DNA of 63,028 nucleotides, filler included, from Octopus bimaculoides (taxonomy: Eukaryota): NCBI RefSeq assembly GCF_001194135.2. It is 8 parts of 8 records of this genome, joined end to end, with 100 filler letters (N's around TTAATTAATTAA, not from the genome) between each part and the next. Parts side by side here need not be neighbours in the genome. Positions count along the whole stretch, not along the records: positions 23,533 to 37,807 come from NC_068983.1; positions 37,908 to 46,616 come from NC_068982.1; positions 46,717 to 53,544 come from NC_068991.1; 5 more parts are not named here. The stretch is one strand, 5' to 3'. Shown in pieces: positions 37,667 to 49,315 of the stretch. The position numbers and the translations under genes were made by a program. Position 1 is the first letter of the stretch, and each line of letters opens with the position of its first letter. The notes under the pieces were generated by a model. The model saw only the letters and a program-made list of their open reading frames with translations, did no database searches and was not told the DNA's origin.

Positions 37667-37731
37667 CAGGGTGCGAGGGGTATTTGTTTTATTGTATATC
37701 AAAACTGTTTTAAAATACCCCTCGCACTCTG
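37667..37731. mobile_element. 65-bp Tc1/mariner-type mini-MITE with TA TSD
   Basis: TIR CAGGGTGCGAGGGGTATTT versus AAATACCCCTCGCACTCTG (18/19 complementary), flanked by TA on both sides. Confidence 0.85.
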
Positions 37732-37772
37732 TATATATATACACATACATACATACATACATACATACATAC

Positions 37773-37807
<35 letters not shown>

Positions 37808-39048
37808 NNNNNNNNNNNNNNNNNNNNNNNNNNNNNNNNNNNNNNNNNNNNTTAATTAATTAANNNNNNNNNNNNNNNNNNNNNNNNNNNNNNNNNNNNN
37901 NNNNNNNATACATATATATATATTTATATATACTTATATATACATATATATATGTGTGTATATATGTAGATATATATATATATGGAAATAAAAGATAGTT
38001 TCATTTAACTTACTAAATAAATTTAATAACCAAAATAATAATTATTATAGTATTGTATAGTTTATAAATAGTATTCTTATTACAACAATGTTGTTTGTTA
38101 CTTCTGAAAGTATTGATAAAGTTTAGATATGCACCATATATGGTCCCTCATTTAGTAAATAATAATATGGATTAGTTCATTGGGAACATTGCTTATTGCT
38201 TGTATGGTTTTTATCGATGTTTTCTGTCGATTCACTAAATTCTCCCTTCCATGGTGTGCGAATAATAATCATTTTTTAAGTAACTTCAAATCTGGTTACC
38301 CCTAAAAAATTAGTGAATTTGATCTCCATTGTTGTAGCTTAAAATATAATAATTACAGACTTCTCCCTGCGATAGTTGAAGTAAACAAAGAGAGAAATTT
38401 TCATTAGGTTTCTATTCATATCTACTACGTAATTATCCCTACGAGAAAATAATAAATATAGAAGATTATTATTAGTTAATTTAAACAATTAATTTTTTTA
38501 TACCAACTAATTTAAATAGATAAAAGAGTTATTGTATAGAAGATGTTGTAAAAACTAACATTTCCCTTCTCCAAGCTTAGATTCGAAACCGAATCTAAGA
38601 ATTCTCCCTCGTCGGATTTACTGTGAGCAACAGGCGCGAAATCAGGTTTTCTTTGTCCTGTCAGAAAATGATGGATAGCCTCCCCTCGACCTTATAACCT
38701 CATAGATGTCAAGCGAAGTTCACTGGTCAGCGACTGACCTACTTAGATACTAAACCTGCTGCAGCTTGTCCATCCTTCTAGCTGACCCTGATTTTGATAA
38801 ATAGGAGAATTTAGCAGGGAGGAGAGAGAGAGCGGGGAGACTGTGATTCCCCACAGACTGACCCAGTGCTCCGCGACTATCACACAGAGATTTGCCTTGC
38901 CACGCTAATGAGAGAGAGAACTACCGCAAGATGAAAGAACAAACACACACACACACACGAACATATTTAGTCTTCGGATACATCAACTCCACAGATGTAC
39001 CCTGGTTTCATTTTTCCTAGCAACTCGAAGTAAGTTGCCAAAATTTAA

Positions 39049-39777
39049 TGTAGTGGTGGAGAATATTTACTAACACCAGAGTTCAATGCAGCAAATAAAA
39101 TATGTTATAGTTGAACATAGTTATCACTTTGTTTATTCACAGGCAAACACATGCCTATCGCACCCTGACACGATAACACAAACATACAACACTACTCCAC
39201 CACATTTTGGTGACCCCACTACATTTTGGTGACCCTGTCACAGAATTCCGGCCTTCTCTGGAACCAGCTTCAACCGAAGAATAACAGCCTGCACATCATC
39301 TGTCAACGAAACAACTAGGAAATTCTAAGAACACAATGACTTTTCCAGAACCGAATCCAGCGGCGAATACATCACCTACCGACATGACATTTCAAGCGGC
39401 GATTACGTGGAGAATTCCCCCATTCTGGACACACGACCCTGCATTATGGTTTCACCACATAAAAGCCCAGTTTTCTTCTCACCGAGTACTGAGCGATGCG
39501 TCTTGACTGTCGCATGTAATCGGTTCCATATCACCAGAGATAATGAACATCGTCCGCGATCTCATTATGGCACCACATGGTTCTGTGTCGTACGACACTG
39601 ATAAACAGAACTTCTGAGTCCCAACGAAAGCGACTTCACCAACTTCTGACATCGGAAGAATTGGGCGATAGAACGCCTTCCCAGTTTCTACTCAGAATGA
39701 AGCAGCTTCCTGGAGATGAGAGCCTCCCTGACAAAGTTTTCAAGCAGCTTCCACCACATTTTGGTGACTCCATTACA
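39049..39777 (+). mobile_element. Ty3/Gypsy LTR retrotransposon remnant (CsRn1-like): 5' LTR, tRNA-Trp PBS, gag N-terminus, terminal stub of 3' LTR
   Basis: LTR TGTAGTGG...CCACTACA (39049-39223) and PBS TGGTGACCC. gag reads RIPPFWTHDPALWFHHIKAQF..HVIGSISPEIMNIVRDLIMAP..LINRTSESQRKRLHQLLTSEELGDRTPSQFL, with a stop and a frameshift. 39751-39777 repeats the LTR terminal 27 bp. Confidence 0.88.
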
Positions 39778-39871
39778 ATGTAATTGTTTATATATTTTTT
39801 GTCTTAGTTATACATGGGAGAAGACAGATACTTAATTATATACATTTATATACATATATTATTATTATAAG

Positions 39872-40830
39872 TGCGACGACGTTCTCGGGGAAACTCTAGG
39901 CATCGAGGATAATCAGCTAAGCGGTCTGTTCAGGAGAACCTTCGGGCCGGGGCCCATGGATAATTTCCAAAGGTCCCTCGCCTGGCAGTGCTACCGAGGT
40001 GCGCTACCTGTTCGAGATAAACTCTACCGACATGGAAGTGCCGTCAACCAGGCCTGCCCAAGGTGCGCTCAGGACGACAAAACCGTTCTGCACGCACTCG
40101 TCCAGTGCCCGAGCATTGCTGACCTGTGGGTCTATATCGAACAGCTACTGTCACGTGTAGGACGGATCCGGCTATCAGCTGAATCCATCGTGAGAATTGA
40201 CCCGTCGACCTCCTTTAACCAGGAGGGCAAGGCAATTTTCCTATGCCTAGTGGTTGTAGCGAAAGAGGTGATATGGTGGACCCGTTTGAAAGGGCTAAAG
40301 ACAGACACTTTCCTCTTTGGCCAAGGCCTCATCNNNNNNNNNNNNNNNNNNNNNNNNNNNNNNNNNNNNNNNNNNNNNNNNNNNNNNNNNNNNNNNNNNN
40401 NNNNNNNNNNNNNNNNNNNNNNNNNNNNNNNNNNNNNNNNNNNNNNNNNNNNNNNNNNNNNNNNNNNNNNNNNNNNNNNNNNNNNNNNNNNNNNNNNNNN
40501 NNNNNNNNNNNNNNNNNNNNNNNNNAAAGGTAATGTAAAAGGAGAAAGGGCTCTATACCCCTTTCTTATTTTTTTCTGACCAGGCTCCCGTGGTTTTATG
40601 GGTTTTTCCACGTGTAACCTTTCCCTTTTCGAAGCGCCTCCCCCTTCGGGGGTTTCTACTTATTTATTTATCTATTTATTCATTATATCTTTCTCTTTCT
40701 GTTTAGACAAACTTTCCTACCTTTTCGGACAAAACCTTTTGTAACCTTCGTCCTGTCTTTGTCCTTATATGTTTTTAATTGATATTAGCCCTTGTGGCCA
40801 ATAAAACGAATTAATTATTATTATTATTGT
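39872..40830 (+). mobile_element. 5'-truncated L1/Tx1-type LINE (ORF2 C-terminal CCHC zinc knuckle, 3' UTR, AATAAA and (ATT)n tail)
   Basis: SLAWQCYRGALPVRDKLYRHG..CPRC..TVLHALVQCP..LWVYIEQLL..AKEVIWWTR. Ends GCCAATAAAACGAATTAATTATTATT. Confidence 0.85.
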
Positions 40831-41291
40831 ATGCTGTGATAACAAGCGACTATCTTGACATAAAAGGGTTTCAATTGGTATGTGTCTGAGATATAATGAA
40901 ATGAATTTCGATGGTTGTGGACATTTGAATTAATTTTTACAATCTAGCCGGCCCTTTCAGATGGGATCTTGTCTTTGTGAACCGAATAGACCCTGAAGTG
41001 ACTTATATATAATTGAACTGTGATTATGTATATCAGAAAAAGAATATATACAAGTTGAAACAATTTGTTGGGCTTTTACGGTTTTTATAATTATTTGTAT
41101 AATATTATGTTATGTTATATATTATATTCATAGTAGTTAATGTAATATTGTAACATAAATAGATTATTGAATGTCAATCAATTGAATATCTCTATATTTA
41201 ATTTAGCTGTGTGTGTGTGTGTGTGTATATATATACTTTTGTTATTTACACCACCTGTCCTCGTCTGTTGTTATTTTTTGTATATTCTCCC

Positions 41292-41322
<31 letters not shown>

Positions 41323-41339
41323 TACACAAGAAGAAACAT

Positions 41340-43600
41340 GTCAATTGGGCTAGTTAGCCACTCGGACAAAACTAGAAATTCTTATACTATGGATATTAAC
41401 TTATACCACCAACTGCTACACAAAGAAATTACAAAAAAATATAAAGTAGCACCAGATAGACTATATTAGACTATAACTTAACTGAAAAAACCGAGTCATT
41501 TGTACCACTTAGACCTAGAATCACACTAAAAGACCATAAACCTAACTTCCTAACAGACACTAAAGTTAGATTAATATGCCCAAATAGATCAGACCTATGT
41601 AAATTAAGTAAACTAATACTAGATAAGTACATCCCTACGCTAAAAAGTAGACTCTCCCTCGAATTATAATCCAACACATACGAAGCCCTAAATTGGTTAT
41701 CCAAAATACTGAACACAAATAACTATAAATTCATACAGATAGACATAGTAGACTACTACTCCTCAATTAACCCCATGATCCTAAATAGTGCCCTAATATT
41801 TGCCAAAAACCATTCTCATCTAACTAGGAAAGAAATTAAAGCAATACTTGAAGCAAGTTATAAGCTTTGAAAACAAACTCTGGGTCCGTAAGGACTCCCC
41901 AAACTCCTTTGATATCACCATGGGAGCCCTGGATTCAGCTCAGATAACTGACTTAGTGGGCATATATTTGCTTTCAACCATACAGGACGAATTCCCAGAT
42001 CTCAAAGGAGGCTTATACAAGGACAACACGCTTTTCGTAGTTAAAAAGATTTGGACTAACCATTTCCATAGAAAATGAACACACCTCCATAAATTACTTA
42101 GACGCAAATTGCAACCTAGCCACAGGACTCCATGAACCTTACGTAAAACCAAACACTAACCTAAAATACATAAACGCATCCAGTAAGCACCCGCTATTCC
42201 TTAAGAGAGGCTTAGTACATAGTATAAGCAATAGGATATCACGCCTCTCCTCTAACCAGGATATTTTTAATAAGCATAAGGAAATATATAACATCACACT
42301 ACATAAAGCAGGATTCAACCATAAAATTAAATTCGTAGAGCCCAATAACCATAAAAAAGACCCAAATAAAGGGAATCTAAACGCTAGCAACACATACACT
42401 AATAATATACCAAACCCTACTGCAAACCACACTAACAATATGAAGGATACTGTTAAACATAATAAAAGTAATAGAAATACAAAGGATCCCAAAGCCAAAC
42501 CACATAACACCAAAAATACCAACAACAGTGTAAACACCAATACCAATAATACTATTATGAATAATAAGACTAATAACATGACAAATCAGAAATACAATAA
42601 CAACCAGAACATAATGTTAAGCCATACAAAGATAAGTTTATTATTAATAACAGCGAGACCCAGCGGACTAAAATAAACTATACACCTGGCCCACAAAAAC
42701 CAAACAATACTAACACAGCCAACACCGATAAGACACATATTAAAAATAAACCTAATTATAGAAATAAATTAGATAGCCATAAAGACTAGCCTTCCCAGCT
42801 ATGATGGCAGGTTCTATACCAGACATAGCTGTAATAACAAAAAGAACAATAGGGATACGATCTGGCTAATTATTCCTTACACCATGAACCTCAAATCTAA
42901 CATAGTCCGTTCATTAATGAACATAATAGATAAACATCTAAATGTAAATAATAAATACGCAACAATATTTAAGAACAAAATCAGAATCGGCCACAGCTTG
43001 ACATGTAACTTAGCTACCATCATAACATCTATTAATAATAAAAATTTGACGCATTCTATACAGCTAGAAAGATCACGATTAACCAAACTAACAACCGTCC
43101 GACTAATAGAACAAACCCCAACCCTAATCCAACACCCCTTGTTAGCAGAGACACACACCAAAAAAACAATAGGGCCACACAACACACAGACATAGACACC
43201 CCTTATAATTTATGTAGCTGTAGAGATAGGAATAAATGCAATTTCTCCAATAGATGTAAGACCGAAAATGTAGTTTACCAATGCGACGTACACACAAACG
43301 GCCATATTAGATCTTACATTGGCACCATGAAAAACCAAATACGCCTCACATATAATGAACACCAATCTAGCTTTAAAAATAGAAAGAAGGCAAATTCAAC
43401 AGGACTTAGTAGCTATATCTGGGAATTAAAGGACAATAAGATAGAATACAAACTAAAATGGCATATACTAAAAACAGCAAATTCTTATAACCCAACTAAC
43501 AGACGTTGTGACCTCTGTCTAACTGAATGCCTCAAAATCCTAACGGCTACAAACATCTTTTAAACAATTTGTTTACGCACTACAAAATTTTCATTTTCTA
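41340..43600 (+). mobile_element. Penelope-like element: degenerate RT plus GIY-YIG endonuclease
   Basis: ITLKDHKPNF..VRLICPNRSDLCKLSK.ILD; FIQIDIVDYYSSI; FDITMGALDSAQITDLVGIYLL; GLYKDN (YRDD-like); YVKPNT.LKYINASSKHP; C...C....VVYQC..YIG..RLTYNEHQSSFKN..STGLSSYIWELKD..W.IL..Y...CDLCLTE. Multiple stops and frameshifts. Confidence 0.92.
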
Positions 43601-44273
43601 AGTATAATTAAATATGTAAAACATTCCACTTTCTAAATATAATTAAATATGTAAAAAAGAATTTCCCTTTTCTAAGTATAATTAATTATAATTAAATATT
43701 AATAAGGCCAGAGTTAGCTCCCTCTTCACCAAAACTTAGAGTTACTCCCTTTTACTAATACCGCCAGTGCTAAAAACAAAGACACACACTCTAATTTTTA
43801 AAATAAACACGTGTGAAATGCGTTTGACCAAAATTGGAACTACGAGCTTGAACAGCACCCACCCTACCTCTCCTTCACAGAAAGACTATTAACATAACTT
43901 CAACTAAAATGTAAGACTATCTTTACCTAACTCTATTCTTATACCACTATATGCATTACCCATTTGGCACATCGAAACGATCGTAAATGAAACATTATAC
44001 AATCTCCACATAATTAAATCAATGGCTAACTAGCCCAACTGACATGCTTCTTGTGTTTGTTTCTCCATTCTCCACTTAATTATAATTATAAACTGCGGTT
44101 TAAACGATAAATTACTTGCCTCTGGATACCTTCTAACAAAGACGGTACCCACACAAGTAATCTCCAGGAGTGCCTCCGGATTTAACTATCCTCTGGTTGC
44201 TTAGATACTTCAAACTATCCCTTGAATATTGAAGCAATCCTATCATATAGCTATATACACATACACACATACA

Positions 44274-44308
<35 letters not shown>

Positions 44309-44314
44309 TTATAC

Positions 44315-44345
<31 letters not shown>

Positions 44346-44534
44346 TATATACACACACACACACACATATATATTTTATTATATGTATTTATTTTCTCTA
44401 AGTTAATAATTAACTCCGACAAAATAAATTGGTTAATAGATATCAGGGTAGCAAAGATCACAAAATGACTGTGGTGTAACTCCTGTTTATGAGGTAGAAA
44501 ATCCTTGTTATTTTGGGTACTTGAGTAAATATAC

Positions 44535-44830
44535 AAATTTAGAAAATGGAGTAAAACGCATATGTTAAATGAATTCTTTTATTTCCAACATATGTTTCGA
44601 AGATTACAAATTGTACCTTCCAAAGGAATAGGTGATGTTAATAAGGATATAATCTTCTCGTCAGGGAAATACATAGGAACCAGCTTTACCATAAGACATT
44701 TTAACCGAACGTGATAACTGTAGTTAGAGAAGATTTGTACGTAACTTATTTGAAAAATCCGTTGGAGGTTGGAACGCTACGAGACAGTACGTTGGACAAG
44801 AAGGAAAGAAAAGAAGAAAAAAAAGGAAAT
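44535..44830 (-). mobile_element. Left arm of a about 300-bp inverted repeat (probable PLE pseudo-LTR) containing a hammerhead motif
   Basis: Reverse complement of 45268-45562 at high identity. Confidence 0.85.
44580..44671 (-). ncRNA. Type I hammerhead ribozyme motif with extended helix II loop
   Basis: Minus strand: UAUUUCC / CUGACGA / GAAGAUUAUA / 39-nt loop / UGUAAUCUUC / GAAA / CAUAUG / UU / GGAAAUA. Helix I is a perfect 7 bp, helix II is 10 bp (one GU), helix III is the palindrome ACAUAUGU, and the cleavage triplet is GUU. Confidence 0.8.
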
Positions 44831-44966
44831 TTAGGGTTTAGAATTGGGAGATAATAAGATGATTTGAATCCGATAAAGATTGGAGAAGAATATTTTATGT
44901 ATAATGGGACCGCAAAGGGGAGTTAATCTTGTATTTATACAAGCAGTGTTGACATAAATGTATATA

Positions 44967-45012
<46 letters not shown>

Positions 45013-45061
45013 NNNNNNNNNNNNNNNNNNNNNNNNNNNNNNNNNNNATATATATATATAT

Positions 45062-45120
<59 letters not shown>

Positions 45121-45267
45121 CAAATACACAATTTCATACTTATACATAAATATGTACACACATGCATATATACACAAGCATTCATACACATATACACGCA
45201 CACACACATATGTATACACATGGACATATACACGCATATATATATATACACACGGTAGTCATGTGGT

Positions 45268-45562
45268 GATTTCCTTTTCTTTTTGCTTTTCTTCACTTCT
45301 TGCCTGATGTACTGTTTCGTAGCGTTCCAACCTCCAACGATTTTTTCAAATAAGTTACGTAGCAATCTTCTCTAACTACAGTTATCACATTCGGTTAAAA
45401 TGTCTTACGGTAAAGCTGGTTCCTATGTATTTCCCTGAAGAGATGATTACATCCTTATTAACATCACCTATTCCTTTGGAAGGTACAATTTGTAATCTTT
45501 GAAACATATGTTGGAAATAAAAGAATTCATTTAACATATGCGTTTTACTCCATTTACTAAAT
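45268..45562 (+). mobile_element. Right arm of the inverted repeat (probable PLE pseudo-LTR)
   Basis: Reverse complement of 44535-44830. Confidence 0.85.
45428..45519 (+). ncRNA. Type I hammerhead ribozyme motif (second copy)
   Basis: UAUUUCC / CUGAAGA / GAUGAUUACA / 39 nt / UGUAAUCUUU / GAAA / CAUAUG / UU / GGAAAUA. The core is intact, but helix II has a GU closing pair and one UU mismatch. Confidence 0.7.
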
Positions 45563-45689
45563 TTATATATATATATATATATACATACATACACAGAAAC
45601 ATACATATGTATCTAGACACACACACACATACATATATACATACTTATACATATACACAAATATATATATGTATGTATAATATATATCA

Positions 45690-46616
45690 TCATCATCATT
45701 ATCGTTTAACGTCCGCTTTCCATGCTAGCATGGGTTGGACGATTTGACTGAGGACTGGTGAAACCCGAAGGCTACACCAGGCTCCAATCTGATTTGGCAG
45801 AGTTTCTACAGCTGGATGCCCTTCCTAACGCCAACCACTCCAAGAGTGTAGTAGGTGCTTTTACGTATCACCGGCACGAAGGCCAGTCAGGCGATACTGG
45901 CAACGGCCACGCTCAAAATGGTGTATTTTATGTGCCACCAGCACAAGAGCCAGTCCGGTGGCACTGGCAACGATCTCGCTCGAAAGTCCTTACACATGCT
46001 GTGGGCACAAGTGCCAGAAAGGTGACGCTGGGCACAGGTGCCATCCTGATTTCACTTTCGCTTGCCCCAATAAGCCTTCGCAAGCTGAGTTTCGTGTCCA
46101 ATGAAGGAGACGATGTTGGCATGGGTGCCAGTTGTCGAATTTAGTTCGATTTTGATTTCACTTGCCTAAAGAGGTCTTCGCAAGCGGAGTTTAGTGCCCA
46201 ATGAAGGAAAGGTACGCATAAGTGGGCTGGTTACACCCCTGGCAGAGGCCTTGGATTTAGGTCTCACTTGGCTTGCTGGGTCTTTTCACACACAGCATAT
46301 TTCCAAAGGTCTCGGTCAGAAGTCATCGCCTCGGTGAGGCCCAATGTTTGAAAGTCGTGCCTCACCACCTCATCCCAGGTCTTCCTGCACCTACCTCTTC
46401 CACAGGTTCCCTCCATTGCTAGGGTGTGGCACTTTTACACACAGCTATCCTCGTCCATTCTCGCACATGACCATACCAACGCAATCGTCTCTCTTGCACA
46501 CCGCAACTGATGCTTCTTAGGTTCAACTTTTCTCTCAAGGTATTTACACTCTGTCTAGTATGCACACTGACATTACACATCCATCGGAGCATACTGGCTT
46601 CATTTCTTGCGAGCCT
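45690..46616 (-). mobile_element. 5'-truncated RTE-type LINE (RT C-terminus, 3' UTR, (GAT)n tail)
   Basis: Minus-strand translation RLARNEASMLRWMCNV..LREKLNLRSI..VQERRLRWYGHV..MDED..GRGR.RKTWDEVVRHD. The 3' end matches 18350-18627. Confidence 0.88.
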
Positions 46617-46784
46617 NNNNNNNNNNNNNNNNNNNNNNNNNNNNNNNNNNNNNNNNNNNNTTAATTAATTAANNNNNNNNNNNNNNNNNNNNNNNNNNNN
46701 NNNNNNNNNNNNNNNNGAGAGTGAATAAAAAAAAATACTTTGGGAGTAGGTATTCAATCATGGCGATTGGCTGGACAACGGTAT

Positions 46785-46846
<62 letters not shown>

Positions 46847-46949
46847 GTATATATACGTGTATGTGTATATATATATGTATATGTATATGTATATGTATCT
46901 ATTTACATATATAAGTAATTATTTGGATTTTGGGTATACGTCTATTAGT

Positions 46950-47640
46950 ATGCCGATTAAAGCACTTTCACTGCTTCAAGAATCTGACGTCATCCACAGT
47001 TACGATATAATTTTCAGTGGATCTACGCCAGAAATTCCGCAGTGTTCGTTTAGTTTATAATCGGTGAGGGAAACGGAAAATGGATTTGGTACGAACCTTT
47101 ATTCAACTTGACGATCGTTTCGACCCTTCCTGCAGCTGTCCCTTACGGGTACTTTGCAACGAGTTGTATTGCAACAATCAGTGTAGTCTGTGTCATCCTA
47201 GGGGTTTGGTGTCAAAAGATATCCTATTATATATACTGAGTTCCTCTTGGCATGTTATACTCGCTCGTAGTATGTGGGGACACTGACATACCCGCAGAAA
47301 TATGACATAATCCATATTTTTGATTGCATCTTGGAGCTCCAAGGGTTTCATTGTCGCTTGTTTATTAGATATTTATTAGATATTTATTAGATATTTATTA
47401 GCAATTTCCAGTTCCTCGATTGTAAATACGTAACCTCCGAAGTGTGATGTGATATAGCGGTCACATGTCCAAGAGAGACTTCGCTTCATGTCTATGTTAC
47501 TGGTCCATTTTTGGTATGCTAAGGTTTTCACTTCCAGGTCTTCTTTGGGGTATGCTAGTCCGGCTAATTTGGGGTTGTATGAGAGATCATCAGGAAAAGA
47601 GTACTTCCTGAATAACTCGCTTCCGACAAGCAGGCTATTA
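46950..47640 (-). mobile_element. Probable PLE terminal remnant with decayed hammerhead (47104-47138)
   Basis: Minus strand CAGCTGCAGGAAGGGTCGAAACGATCGTCAAGTTG has GAAAC-GATC-GUC helix III with a mutated CUGANGA. The element assignment is inferred. Confidence 0.4.
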
Positions 47641-47839
47641 TGTATGTATGTATGTATGTATGTATGCACACACAAAATGGGACGTATGCGCTCGAATAAA
47701 GGTACGTCCAAGTAAGTATAAAACATCCTTCTTAAACATTTATTTAAAACAGCATAAACTCAACCCAATCCATCTTTTCTTCCTTCCATCCTTCCTTCCT
47801 TCTTTCTTTCATTCCTTCCTTCTTTCCTTCTTATCCTTT

Positions 47840-48190
47840 AACCGTGTGGCCGTTGAAGCATTTGTTGATGGCGTTACAACCAGATATCTCCACTTCTCTC
47901 AGTCTTTTACTACCTTCTGTGAGTCGGCGAAATCGAGGTTTGTCCACTGTTTCAAGTTAATCCGGGCGACGACCGATCCGGTGTGAGTTCTAGTCTGCTT
48001 TTTATCATGCCTCTCCTTGACACACGACTAGGCCCCCGAATACTAGGTCATTGTCATAAGCAGTTTCCTCGGACCTAGCCGGTGATTCCTTGGAAAACCT
48101 TACCCAGGGTCATTCTCTTACTGGTGTAATGTTGACACCATCTCTTCACATGGTTTAACCCACAAGCTGAATTTCGGTACCTGGATTTGG
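47840..48190 (-). mobile_element. Degenerate 3' end of an RTE-like LINE
   Basis: Minus-strand peptide INLKQWTNLDFADSQKVVKD*EKWRYLV resembles RTE RT C-termini. Confidence 0.45.
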
Positions 48191-48207
48191 TGCATCAGTC
48201 ATTAATT

Positions 48208-48417
48208 GAGAGGTTAGCTCTTGAATGTTTAGAGGTATTTCGTCCGGCTTTATACTCTGAGTACAAATGCCGCCGAGGTCGACTTTGGCTTTCACCCTCC
48301 GGAAATCGATAAAATATTTACCAGTTGAACACAAGGATCGGTGTAACTAACTTACTCCAACCCCCGACACTGATGGCATTGTGCTAAAATAGGAAACTTG
48401 TGCCTGTAGTAGAAAGG

Positions 48418-48420
<3 letters not shown>
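48208..48420 (+). mobile_element. Degenerate family B SINE ending in the (ATT)n tract
   Basis: GCCGCCGAGGTCGACTTTGGCTTTCACCC..ATCGATAAAATA..CTTGTGCCTGTAGTAGAAAGGATTATTATT. Confidence 0.75.
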
Positions 48421-48479
<59 letters not shown>

Positions 48480-48489
48480 TCTTATTATT

Positions 48490-48533
<44 letters not shown>

Positions 48534-48552
48534 TATTATTATTATTATTTTC

Positions 48553-49266
48553 ATTTTCACTCAACAGTCTAATCTCTTGAGTAAGAAAAAGTCCTAACAT
48601 TGGGCTACAATAAGTAACCAAGAACTCTCCTAAGTATCCTAGCTGTCCCTAATAACAGTGTCTTCTGCAGCTATACTAAACTAAGTTTTATGCCTATTTC
48701 CTCTACCCATCTGTTCAGATATTTAGGGATAGTTCTCAATGCACCCATAACTACCCTCGCTTTCCACAGTTTTTGTAAGCCAATAGCTAGGCCCTGGTAC
48801 TTTGCTATTTTTTCTATACTTCTCATATTAATGTTTTTCATCATTTGGGACTGTAAAGTCAATTATCTGGCACTTTCTATTCTCTTTATACACTACTACC
48901 AAATCAGACCTAGCTTCTATTACTCTGTCAGTCTGAATGTTGAAGTCCTACAACATCTTATATTTCATACTTTCTAGTACTTTACTAGGTTCATGTTCAT
49001 ACCATTTTTCAGTATGTTCAAATCCTAGCTTTCGACATAGCTTCCAGTGGATTGCTTTCCCTAGATTGTCATGTATTTTCTGTGCCAGCATGCTACATTC
49101 ACTTAATAAGTGACTAACGTTTTCCTCTTTGGATTTGCATAATCTACATTGGGAATCTAGTTGGTTTTTGTTTATCTTTGCTTTCATCAAATTAATCATT
49201 AACGCTTGATCTTGTGCAGCTACAAGCAAATTTCTGTTTCCCTCTTCAGTTTTCCTTTCTGCAACA
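48553..49266 (-). mobile_element. R4/Dong-type non-LTR retrotransposon, 5'-truncated (CCHC zinc knuckle plus restriction-like endonuclease)
   Basis: LLVAAQDQAL..CRLCKSKEENVSHLLSECSMLAQ..HDNLGKAIHWKLC..WYEHEP; EARSDLVVV..IIDFTVPND..EKIAKYQGLA..LW; LQKTLLLGTARILRRVL. Flanked on both sides by (TAA)n. Confidence 0.9.
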
Positions 49267-49314
<48 letters not shown>

Positions 49315-49315
49315 G

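Noticed and set aside
38590-38950. GC-richer segment as the 5' end of a LINE or a promoter
   Set aside because: No diagnostic motif or second copy in the window to support either call.
41333-41342. GAAACATGTC as hammerhead helix III
   Set aside because: There is no upstream CUGANGA core.
43974-43985. GAAACGATCGTA as the hammerhead of the 41340-43600 PLE
   Set aside because: The helix III palindrome and GUA are present, but no CUGANGA is visible upstream. At best this is a deleted remnant.
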